From contig LJTR01000041.1 in assembly GCA_001303465.1 (NCBI GenBank), positions 1 through 17,106 of the forward strand: 17,106 nt of DNA, in the 5' to 3' direction. The notes under the pieces are model-generated. The model saw only the letters and a list, made by a program, of their open reading frames with translations. It did not search any database and was not told the origin of the DNA. A program made the translations under genes and the position numbers. Origin of the DNA: Phycisphaerae bacterium SG8_4 (GTDB lineage Bacteria; Planctomycetota; Phycisphaerae; Sedimentisphaerales; Anaerobacaceae). Positions 1 to 7,916 of the stretch are shown piece by piece; positions within the stretch are counted from its first letter, which is position 1, and each line of letters opens with the position of its first letter.

Positions 1-2
1 TC

Positions 3-211
3 GAAATACATGAGGATATCAAGGAGAACAAGCGGCCTTACACGTTCGCTGAGCTTCGGGCGGTCGGCTTCCACAGAGCCGGAGTGAGATCTTGCACGCC
101 ATGCCACAATGCAAGCGATCCCGGCAAAGAGCCCGGATACCATTTCAACTACGAAGAGGAAAGGAAAGAGGACCAGCACGAGAACATTGAGTTGAAATAC
201 CGCCAGGATTA
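3..211 (+). CDS. 5'-truncated CDS: C-terminal fragment (~69 aa) of a c-type cytochrome. The gene begins left of the window.
   Basis: Frame 3 is open from the window edge to TAG at 209-211. Its translation ...AELRAVGFHRAGVRSCTPCHNASDPGKEPGYHF...KYRQD* contains a CXXCH heme-binding motif (C-T-P-C-H). It is absent from the ORF track because it has no start codon inside the window. Confidence 0.35.
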
Positions 212-604
212 GAGGATCCGCCGATAGTGTCTCTGCCCGTGCTGCGATTCCCGCGGACAAGCAGGCCGAGCCAAAAGATAAAGGTACGCCGGCCGATCGC
301 CCCTTTTGCATATCCAATATCTCCACAGGACGCCTTGCGGCGGAACAAGGAAGATCCAATGTCGAAGTGTGGGGATGACGCACGTGGACCGATTTGCGCA
401 TTCGCAGGTCTTCCTTCTACAATACTTCTGAACTCATCATTCACCAGTCGACATTTGATATTGCACCACGTCAAACAAACAAGGAAGCTTCAATGGTTTA
501 GTCACCCACTTTTGAAACCTTGCCGAAAGGCGCAGAACTTGAAAAGATGAGGGGAACTGGCTATTATCACAGACATCCGAGAAATGATTTACAGGAGATT
601 GGCC

Positions 605-1738
605 ATGAGATCGAGGCAGTTCGGACTGTGGATCTTGGCGGGCCCGGGCGCAGGGGATCAGTCACTTCTACGCCGAGCGTGGTGCGCCCGTGCCGTAGTG
701 ATTCTATCTGTGCTGGTGATCCTCTCGGTATTTTCGGCGACTGCAACTTGTGGTCCTCCTTATCCACCCAGCACGGTTATCCGAAAGATGATCTGGGCTC
801 CGGCCAACACGATTATTCGTAAGGCGGCCGGCGGCGATAACTGGCCGATTACCTGGGCGGATGATGATGCGATATACACCACATGGGGAGACGGCTGGGG
901 CTTCGAGCCCAAGGTGCCGAAGAAGCTCAGCTTGGGATTCGCCCGTATCGTCGGGACACCCGGAGATTTTGTTGGCACGAATATCCGGTCGCCAGCCGAG
1001 CAATCCGGCGGCGGGCGTTCCGGGCGAAAGGGCTGGGGTATTATCTCGATCGATGGTATGCTGTATCTACTGATGGGGCACGCCGATCGACAGGGCGGTC
1101 AAACCCAACTGGCCTGGTCTGGCGATTATGCTCGAACGTGGACGTTCGCGAACTGGCGATTCCCGCAATTTGGCCTGGTAGGATTTGTGAACTACGGCAA
1201 GGATTACGAAGGGGCTCGGGACAATTACGTGTATGCTTATTCGCATGACGGGCCATTGGCCGATACGCCTGCGGATCGCTTTATAATCATGCGCGTACCA
1301 AAGGACCGAATCACCGAACAAGGATTCTGGGAATTCTTTGAACGAGCAGACCAGGCCGGCAACGCAGTCTGGTCGCGTGACTTCAAACGCCGCGGAGGGG
1401 TTTTCAGTCATGCCGACTGTTGCCTTCGCTCTGCCATTACCTATAGTGCGCCGCTGCGTCGTTACCTTTGGTGGCAACAGATCCCGGCACCGAAGGGCAG
1501 TGCCGATCGCGGTGACACCAGGTTCGAAGGTGGTTTTGCCGTATACGATGCACCGCAGCCCTGGGGCCCCTGGTCCACAGCCTTCTACACTGAAGCTTGG
1601 GATGTCGGCCCCGGAGAGCACGGTGACTTTCCGGCCAAGTGGATGAGTGCCGACGGACGCGAACTCTACCTGGTGTTTTCCGGTGACGATTCCTTCAGCG
1701 TCCGAAGGGCAACTCTCGTTCTAACTCGAGAGGAGTGA
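605..1738 (+). CDS. Secreted or membrane-anchored hypothetical protein with an Asp-box (BNR-like) motif; possible beta-propeller (sialidase-like fold).
   Basis: The 384-aa ORF runs 584..1738. The ATG at 605 (MRSRQFGLW...) is preferred because AGGAG lies 7 nt upstream at 596-600. The N-terminus has a basic stretch followed by a hydrophobic helix (AVVILSVLVILSVFSATA). The motif SGDYARTW matches the Asp-box consensus S-x-D-x-G-x-T-W. The protein is rich in W, G and D (WADDDAIYTTWGDGWGF). It is much longer than the competing antisense ORF 1067..1621. Confidence 0.55.
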   Translation: MRSRQFGLWILAGPGAGDQSLLRRAWCARAVVILSVLVILSVFSATATCGPPYPPSTVIRKMIWAPANTIIRKAAGGDNWPITWADDDAIYTTWGDGWGFEPKVPKKLSLGFARIVGTPGDFVGTNIRSPAEQSGGGRSGRKGWGIISIDGMLYLLMGHADRQGGQTQLAWSGDYARTWTFANWRFPQFGLVGFVNYGKDYEGARDNYVYAYSHDGPLADTPADRFIIMRVPKDRITEQGFWEFFERADQAGNAVWSRDFKRRGGVFSHADCCLRSAITYSAPLRRYLWWQQIPAPKGSADRGDTRFEGGFAVYDAPQPWGPWSTAFYTEAWDVGPGEHGDFPAKWMSADGRELYLVFSGDDSFSVRRATLVLTREE

Positions 1739-1756
1739 CGGCTATCTTGGGGAAAT

Positions 1757-2440
1757 TCAGCCGCCCTGAATCTTTCGCTTCATCTCATCCAGACGTCGAT
1801 CAACCTCGGCATCCGATTCAAGAACTTTCACACGTTCGTATGGAAAGCTGATTCCCAGCGTCCGCGTTATCTCGTCTGTGATCTCTATTTCGGCCTCCGC
1901 CTCATCGACCTTGGCTTCCATCCTTGCAACCATATCAAGGATGCTTTTGCCGGCGCCGCCTGAGAAGCTGTCCAATTTCTCATTGAGCGACAGCTCTCTT
2001 CTGATTTCCCTGCTTCTCTTTACAATATCATTCTGCTTGAGCTTCAGCTCTTTAAGGCTTTGCCGCAGTTGCTTGCGCGCCTGGGTGGCGGAATTGTAAG
2101 CCGATTCTGAAGTAGCAAGATCGTTTCTGCACTTGTTCACTTGCCTTTCCGCCTGGATTTGGGCTGCGATTGCTTGCCTGGCAGTATCCATTTCGTTGGC
2201 TTTCACCGCCAAGACGGCACCCTCTTTAAACCGAACAATCTTTCCCAATCCGGCATCCAATCTTCTGCGATCGCCTTTGACTGCCGAAAGGGCTTTTGCC
2301 TCCGCTCGGGCTGCTTCCCTGACCTTCTCTTCCATTTCCCTCATCAATTGAGGCAGGATCATTTCAGGCTCTTCCAGAGAAGCGAGAAATGCTTCGATCC
2401 GTGATTTTGTTATGGCTCTTAACCGACTTATGCGTCCCAT
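1757..2440 (-). CDS. pspA: PspA/IM30/Vipp1-family protein, paralog 1 (ESCRT-III superfamily).
   Basis: The N-terminus MGRISRLRAITKSRIEAFLASLEEPEMILPQLMREMEEKVREA matches the canonical PspA start (compare E. coli PspA [27 protein letters not shown]...). The protein is helical and coiled-coil rich (AIAAQIQAERQ...). An alternative TTG start at 2473 would overlap the upstream TGA by TTGA. Confidence 0.85.
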   Translation of the reverse strand: MGRISRLRAITKSRIEAFLASLEEPEMILPQLMREMEEKVREAARAEAKALSAVKGDRRRLDAGLGKIVRFKEGAVLAVKANEMDTARQAIAAQIQAERQVNKCRNDLATSESAYNSATQARKQLRQSLKELKLKQNDIVKRSREIRRELSLNEKLDSFSGGAGKSILDMVARMEAKVDEAEAEIEITDEITRTLGISFPYERVKVLESDAEVDRRLDEMKRKIQGG

Positions 2441-2469
2441 GTGTGGTGGTCGCTCGATTGGAGTCGACC

Positions 2470-5400
2470 TCAATTTGCCTTCTTTGGTTTCGCCGGACTA
2501 CTTGTCTTCTTTGTCACCTTCGCCTTGACCTGCCGTCTTTTTTCTTTCGACGCCAGAGGTTCCTTTTCGGGCTCATACTTGCTCTTCAGGACGTCGATCA
2601 ATTTTTTGTAGCCTTTGACCATCGCCTCAAAGCGTTCCATCAAATCGGCGATGACCTTTTGCTTACTCTTCTTCTCCTCATGCGACATCGGCAAGAGCCA
2701 GGTCTCCATGGCTCTGAATTGTTCTTCCAGAACAGACGTCAGCATATTGATGTCTTTCTGAGCCTTCAGCTCGATCGCCGTCTTGGGCACCTTGGATTGC
2801 TCGGCTCGCTGAAGTTTCATTTCGTCGATCATCTCCGACATTCTGCTGAGAACCTGTTGACCGACCTCTCTGAATGCATCCCTCGTCGGTTCTGCGTGCT
2901 CAGCTTCCTTCTTGCTCCTGATATCTGAAATCCCGTCGGCGATAACATCCTTCAAAGATTCCAGCCCGGCGCTAAAGGCGTTCAATTGCCGAATTACCTT
3001 ACCGACATTATCTTCAGCATCGCCGCCCAGCAGAAGATTCCTTGCGAACGTCTTCTTTATGTCTTGCCAGCGTTGAGCCTGCTCGGGCGTCAATCTGCCG
3101 GTGAGCTCTCTGAACTTGAGTAGATTTGACTCGGTGCCTGTGGTAAGCGTTTGAGCATCCTGCTCGTAGGTTGAATAGATCAGGTTCCACAACTCCTGGT
3201 CGTTCATAATCGGCAGGACTCTGCCGGCAATGCGGTTCATGTTTCGATAAGATCCCTGGAGCAGGAATGGCGGCTCGGTCCTGTATTGCTCTGATTGTCC
3301 GGCGGACAGTATGTACTGGCGATTCACCTTCAGGACGACATCGCGGACCACGTAGAGCTTTTTCATTGTGGAGAGATGTTCGTCGAGTTCCTCTGCCGAG
3401 TAGCTGTCCTCAAATTCTATGCCCTCCTGCTGTCCTGTCTCTGCGACGCGCATTATCATGTACACATCGTTCTGGCTTCGACGAGCGAGCTTTTCGAGAA
3501 CAGGGTTCGAGGTCAGGCAGTTCTCAATATAGCTTGCGACGAATTGATCATAGTTGTCGCCGACAATGTCACCGATGTTGTAGACGTCCGCTCTGTTAGC
3601 AAGCATGTCAGGTATCCTGAATCTCTCGCCGCTTTCGGTGTAGGGGTTGCCGGCCATGACGACGCAGACACGCTTGCCGCGCAGATCGTAAGTCTTCGAG
3701 CGCCCTTTGTAGACACCTTCGACCTTTCTCTGGGCGTCGCAGAGCGAAATGAATTTCTGCAGGAATTCTGGGTTTGTGTGCTGAATATCATCGACATAGA
3801 TCATCACGTTATCGCCCATCTCGAAGGCCAGGTTGAGCTTCTTGAGCTCTTGCCTCGATGCGGCATTGGGGGCCTCGTCAGGATCGACGGACGAAACCCT
3901 ATTGCCCACGGCCGGGCCGTTTATCTTGATGAAAGTCAAGCCGAGACGATTGGCAACATATTCCATAAGCGTTGTCTTGCCGTAGCCTGGGGGAGAGATC
4001 AAGAGCAGCAGCCCCTGCCGGTCGGTTCTCTTGTCCTGGCCTTCGCCGCCGATCTGTTTGGCGAGGTTGTCGCCGATCAAAGGCAGATATATCTGGTCGA
4101 TTAGCTTGTTTCGGACAAACGTCGTGAGCACGCGAGGTTGAAATTCTTCGAGATGCAGCTCGTGACTGTAGGTTTCGACCAGTTCGTTCCTGCATCTCTG
4201 ATACTGGTGAAATTTCGGCGCAAACTCCTCATCGTGGCGCCGGAGCTTCTTCATAAAGTGGCAGTAGTTCAGGTCATAGAGCCCATTGCTTATCAACGCA
4301 TGAGTGCCGAGCATCTCGGCGATTTGACGCTCAGTGCTCTCTTCGAGGGCGGCGTCGGACGAGTTTGGCGGCAGAAGCAGCGCCGCAGCTTCATCGGCAT
4401 ATTCGATTCTCGATGCATCGCCGGCGCGCAGAACATACGAGTGTACCCAGTCGCGCAACAGTCTGTAATTGCCCGCGGGATCCGCCGAGACCGCATCGAG
4501 TGAGTTGGTGAATCTGGTGCTGTAATTCTTCTGCTCTATGTGGGATTCAAAGTCGTCTTTTAGGGCGACTGCACACGGATCGATAATGAATTTGTCATCG
4601 CCTGCAAGTTCGTAGAACAAATATTCAGCCGCCTCGTCGATCAAATCAGCATCGAACAGAGCCGTCGTCTCCACAAATTCGGATAGAGAGTCCGCGATTT
4701 GCTCAACATAATTCTCTTGTTTGTCGCTGCCGCCGAACAATTCACCGGCTTGCCCCATGCTCTTAATCTTGGCGTTCAGCAGTTGTTTGCCTTCGTTGTT
4801 CTCGCTCAATTTCCAGAAAACCGTCCCAAGGGCTCTCGCCTGCGTGGAGTACTTCAAAAGGCCAATCCTGCTCCTGAGGTCAACCAGGGCCTTCAGTATT
4901 CTTGCGGCATCGCAGTCGTGCACGCCTTTTACGTAGCCCTCATCATACCGAGGCCCCATATATGCCTGAACTCGACTTAAGACAGCGTCTAGATCCGATG
5001 TTTGAACAAACTCGAGTTCCTCGCAAGCGGCCTCGATCTGGCGGAAGAGCTTGTAGGCAAGATACTCGGCCCTGTAAACATCATTCGTCTCAGAGACGAT
5101 ATTGGAATCCCAGACGTCTCTCGTTTCGTTCAATCGTTCATCGTCTATCCGTTCAAAAAATCCGGTGCCTGTCAGATGAAAATACATATCGTCTTCTTTG
5201 CGGACGATCGTGCCCTCCAGATCCTGACGATTGACCGCAAAACGCTGATTGCCGAGGCGAATGATGTTCTCTCCATCCTCGTAGAGGGCCTGCCTGTCCT
5301 TAAGCTGCCTTATGGAGTCCTGATGTATCGTCTTGAGCTTGCTCTTGAGATCCTCGGCCTTTACGTTGTCGCCGAGGTCGATCAACTGCTGGATAGTCTG

Positions 5401-7827
5401 ACGGATCCTGTCGATCATCAGGTCACCAGCAAAATACCCGTTTATCTCATCTATAGCCGTAAAGCTCTGAATCCGGTTCTGTATGCCTTTTAGAATCCTC
5501 TCCGCCGATGCCATCAGGGCCGATGCCCGCTGGTTGTGCTCGGCTACCAGTTGCACTTTTCTCGACTCAAAGGCATTGTATAATTGCTCTCTCTTTTCAG
5601 CAAGTTGCACAATGAATTGCTCAAAATCCGCGAACTTGCTCTCTAGTGTTTCGAGTTGAACCGTTACCTTCGTAAGATACTCATCGCATTTCTCAGGCGT
5701 GTTGCAGATGTCGAGATAATTGATGACCGACTGGCCAATCAGTTTTAACTGGGAACTGAATTCTGCCTGTCCCTCAATCCTCCCCAGCTCGTTAAGCTTG
5801 TTCTTCAGCGAGGATTTGACCTGATTGACCTGAGAGTAGACCAGCGAAATATTGTCGATAATCGCTATCGTTTCCGTCGCATCGGCAATCTTAAGATTGC
5901 TGACTATGTCTGTCAGCATTTCCAGTTCGTTCGCGGTCTTTTCCACTTCGGATTCGAGTTCTTTTGCCTCGGCAGCCTTGGATACCTGCGGCACCTTCTC
6001 GCCACTGCATTTGATGCTCTCTCGATAGGGATCCAACGACTGGGCTGTAAGAAGAAATTCCGCGCACATCTCCGAGAGCTTGTCGGTATGCTCGGCGACC
6101 TCCTTCTCCAGCGACTCAACGGCCTCGACGTCGGCATACTGCAGGTCTTTGAGCGATATCACTTCGCCCCGCGTGGCGCGCAGCTTCGTCAGGTGCTCGA
6201 CAAATTGATCTATATCGTCTAACTGCTCGTAGTCTATATCGCCGATCATCTCGCGCAAGTTTCGGGCAGTCTCTTCTATTCGCAGGCTGGTATTGCGCTT
6301 GGTCCTAACGACCTTTTCGAATTCATCGACGGCGGCACTTGCGGCCTCGTTTATCTGAGCCAACGGCTGCGACAGAACGAAGGTATCCTTTGAGGCGATC
6401 CAAAAATAGCTGTCTTGAATCTCCTCAGCCTTCTTCGCAACCTCGAGGTACAGGCCCGAATAGACTTCTTCCCGGTCCACGAGATTCATCAGCTCATGGC
6501 ATTCAGCCATGCAGGTGACGATATCTTTGTTGCCGATCTTATAGAGTTCCGAGTCACTCTTAACCGGTATCGAGAAATCCGGGCCATAGTAGGGGGTCTG
6601 CCATATCTGTATGGCATGATGCTTTTTTGCCTCCTCGTCCGCCCTGAAATAGATCAGAGTGCCATCGTCAAAAAACGAATAGCCATTGCACAGGACCGGC
6701 GGGCTGGCCTGTTGTTCGATTATGTTGTACGAAAGGAGAATATAAACGCCGCTGTCGCGATTGTAGAAAATGTACAAGTAATCCTCTCCGTTGGGAGAGG
6801 CGATGCGCTTTTCAAATACCATATCCTCCATTTGGGTCTCAAATTGCTTCAGCGCACCAGTTTGCAGATAATAACCTCTCGGGAAAACAATGCCGTGGTC
6901 TTCCGGGAGCAATACACACGAGTCTTTGATAGCATCGAGCCGCAGCGCTTTCTGCAACTTCTCATTGTAAAGGATGTAGCGAAACTGCCGTTCCTGGTAG
7001 GGCCGGATTTTCATCAGGATAACGTTGCCGACCACGGCATAATAGATCTCGGCGTCATTGAGTGTCTGATCAGGATCATCCACCGGTTCGCAGTAGATTC
7101 CCTCGCCCGTCTCTGTGTTGTCCTCGATCTTTACCGTCAGGTCCCCGCCGATGGTCTCCACAAATACTCTGTCTTCGATTGAAGCGTGCGGATTCCTACC
7201 GCTTCGATGCATGTCCTGAGTCACGCGCCTCCATTCGAATTCGTGCTGCGGTGGAAATACATATTCGTGGTCACTGCGGTTGTCGAGATACTGTATGCTG
7301 TCTTCTCTGATCAACCACTTGAAAGTCTTAACGTCCGAAACGCTCTTTCCGACACGGAACACCATGAACAAATGATTTCCTATGACGGCAAACTTCACAA
7401 ACCTCGTGAGCCTGTAGAACTTGTAGAGATGTTGGAAGTCCTCCTCGAATCGACGGTCAGTGATCAGATCCAGCGCGCAGGGCACAAACGTGCCGTCTTT
7501 CCATTCGTAGACCGAGAAAACATCCTCAAGCGTGGTCTCAGTCCTGAGCCCGATAAACACGTTGTAGCCGAAAATGAACTTGTCAGCGACCGGAACCACA
7601 TCTCGCGGGACGCAGTTGTTCCTGGTGGATATTCTCTTGCTTGACAGGAGTCTGCTTTCGACCGCGCCAAAGACGTCTTTTCTGGCATTGTTGAGTCTCT
7701 GCAGTCTCTGCAGAAGCTCTTTGCTGTGGGCTTTGAGCCGGTTGGTGATTATCTCGTAGGTGCCGCCCTGCAGTTGGACCTTGTCCTGACTTTCGCCCCT
7801 GGCATTGTTCGGGTCGTTCTCTGCCAT
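2470..7827 (-). CDS. Giant (1785 aa) multidomain AAA+ P-loop ATPase of unknown function, with long coiled-coil regions and a Lys-rich C-terminal tail.
   Basis: A single uninterrupted ORF with ATG at 7825-7827 and a GAGAGG Shine-Dalgarno-like element upstream. Walker A is LLLISPPGYGKTTLMEYV and Walker B is VMIYVDDIQH. A sensor-1-like VCVVMAGNP and an RFRIPDMLANRADVYNI segment follow, resembling the ...LPEALLDRFDV sensor region of MoxR/AAA_5 ATPases. A 400-500 residue central region rich in E, K, L and Q is predicted coiled coil. The C-terminus is basic (KEKRRQVKAKVTKKTSSPAKPKKAN). No TM segments are obvious. Confidence 0.8.
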   Translation of the reverse strand: MAENDPNNARGESQDKVQLQGGTYEIITNRLKAHSKELLQRLQRLNNARKDVFGAVESRLLSSKRISTRNNCVPRDVVPVADKFIFGYNVFIGLRTETTLEDVFSVYEWKDGTFVPCALDLITDRRFEEDFQHLYKFYRLTRFVKFAVIGNHLFMVFRVGKSVSDVKTFKWLIREDSIQYLDNRSDHEYVFPPQHEFEWRRVTQDMHRSGRNPHASIEDRVFVETIGGDLTVKIEDNTETGEGIYCEPVDDPDQTLNDAEIYYAVVGNVILMKIRPYQERQFRYILYNEKLQKALRLDAIKDSCVLLPEDHGIVFPRGYYLQTGALKQFETQMEDMVFEKRIASPNGEDYLYIFYNRDSGVYILLSYNIIEQQASPPVLCNGYSFFDDGTLIYFRADEEAKKHHAIQIWQTPYYGPDFSIPVKSDSELYKIGNKDIVTCMAECHELMNLVDREEVYSGLYLEVAKKAEEIQDSYFWIASKDTFVLSQPLAQINEAASAAVDEFEKVVRTKRNTSLRIEETARNLREMIGDIDYEQLDDIDQFVEHLTKLRATRGEVISLKDLQYADVEAVESLEKEVAEHTDKLSEMCAEFLLTAQSLDPYRESIKCSGEKVPQVSKAAEAKELESEVEKTANELEMLTDIVSNLKIADATETIAIIDNISLVYSQVNQVKSSLKNKLNELGRIEGQAEFSSQLKLIGQSVINYLDICNTPEKCDEYLTKVTVQLETLESKFADFEQFIVQLAEKREQLYNAFESRKVQLVAEHNQRASALMASAERILKGIQNRIQSFTAIDEINGYFAGDLMIDRIRQTIQQLIDLGDNVKAEDLKSKLKTIHQDSIRQLKDRQALYEDGENIIRLGNQRFAVNRQDLEGTIVRKEDDMYFHLTGTGFFERIDDERLNETRDVWDSNIVSETNDVYRAEYLAYKLFRQIEAACEELEFVQTSDLDAVLSRVQAYMGPRYDEGYVKGVHDCDAARILKALVDLRSRIGLLKYSTQARALGTVFWKLSENNEGKQLLNAKIKSMGQAGELFGGSDKQENYVEQIADSLSEFVETTALFDADLIDEAAEYLFYELAGDDKFIIDPCAVALKDDFESHIEQKNYSTRFTNSLDAVSADPAGNYRLLRDWVHSYVLRAGDASRIEYADEAAALLLPPNSSDAALEESTERQIAEMLGTHALISNGLYDLNYCHFMKKLRRHDEEFAPKFHQYQRCRNELVETYSHELHLEEFQPRVLTTFVRNKLIDQIYLPLIGDNLAKQIGGEGQDKRTDRQGLLLLISPPGYGKTTLMEYVANRLGLTFIKINGPAVGNRVSSVDPDEAPNAASRQELKKLNLAFEMGDNVMIYVDDIQHTNPEFLQKFISLCDAQRKVEGVYKGRSKTYDLRGKRVCVVMAGNPYTESGERFRIPDMLANRADVYNIGDIVGDNYDQFVASYIENCLTSNPVLEKLARRSQNDVYMIMRVAETGQQEGIEFEDSYSAEELDEHLSTMKKLYVVRDVVLKVNRQYILSAGQSEQYRTEPPFLLQGSYRNMNRIAGRVLPIMNDQELWNLIYSTYEQDAQTLTTGTESNLLKFRELTGRLTPEQAQRWQDIKKTFARNLLLGGDAEDNVGKVIRQLNAFSAGLESLKDVIADGISDIRSKKEAEHAEPTRDAFREVGQQVLSRMSEMIDEMKLQRAEQSKVPKTAIELKAQKDINMLTSVLEEQFRAMETWLLPMSHEEKKSKQKVIADLMERFEAMVKGYKKLIDVLKSKYEPEKEPLASKEKRRQVKAKVTKKTSSPAKPKKAN

Positions 7828-7877
7828 CCTCAGCCTCTCACAAAATCACCAGCCACACCCATTCGACTTCGCTCAGA

Positions 7878-7908
7878 GCCTGCCCTGAGCTTGTCGAACG
7901 GGGCAGGC
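7878..7908. promoter_or_regulatory. GC-rich inverted repeat (8-bp stem, 15-nt loop) in the 89-nt spacer between the flotillin and giant ATPase genes.
   Basis: GCCTGCCC (7878-7885) pairs with GGGCAGGC (7901-7908). It is not followed by a U-tract on the - strand transcript. It could be an RNA stability or processing element, or an attenuator. Confidence 0.25.
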
Positions 7909-7916
7909 CCAGCGGT

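Noticed and set aside
145-550. ORFs 145..474 (-) and 227..550 (+) in the left intergenic region.
   Set aside because: They are mutually overlapping, Arg/Ser/Pro-rich with no motifs, and sit in the gap between the cytochrome fragment and the next gene. They are probably non-coding, but are kept as low-probability candidates.
1067-1621. A 184-aa - strand ORF overlapping the + strand Asp-box protein gene.
   Set aside because: It is shorter, has no motifs, and sits inside the 377-aa + strand gene, which has a signal peptide, an RBS and an Asp-box.
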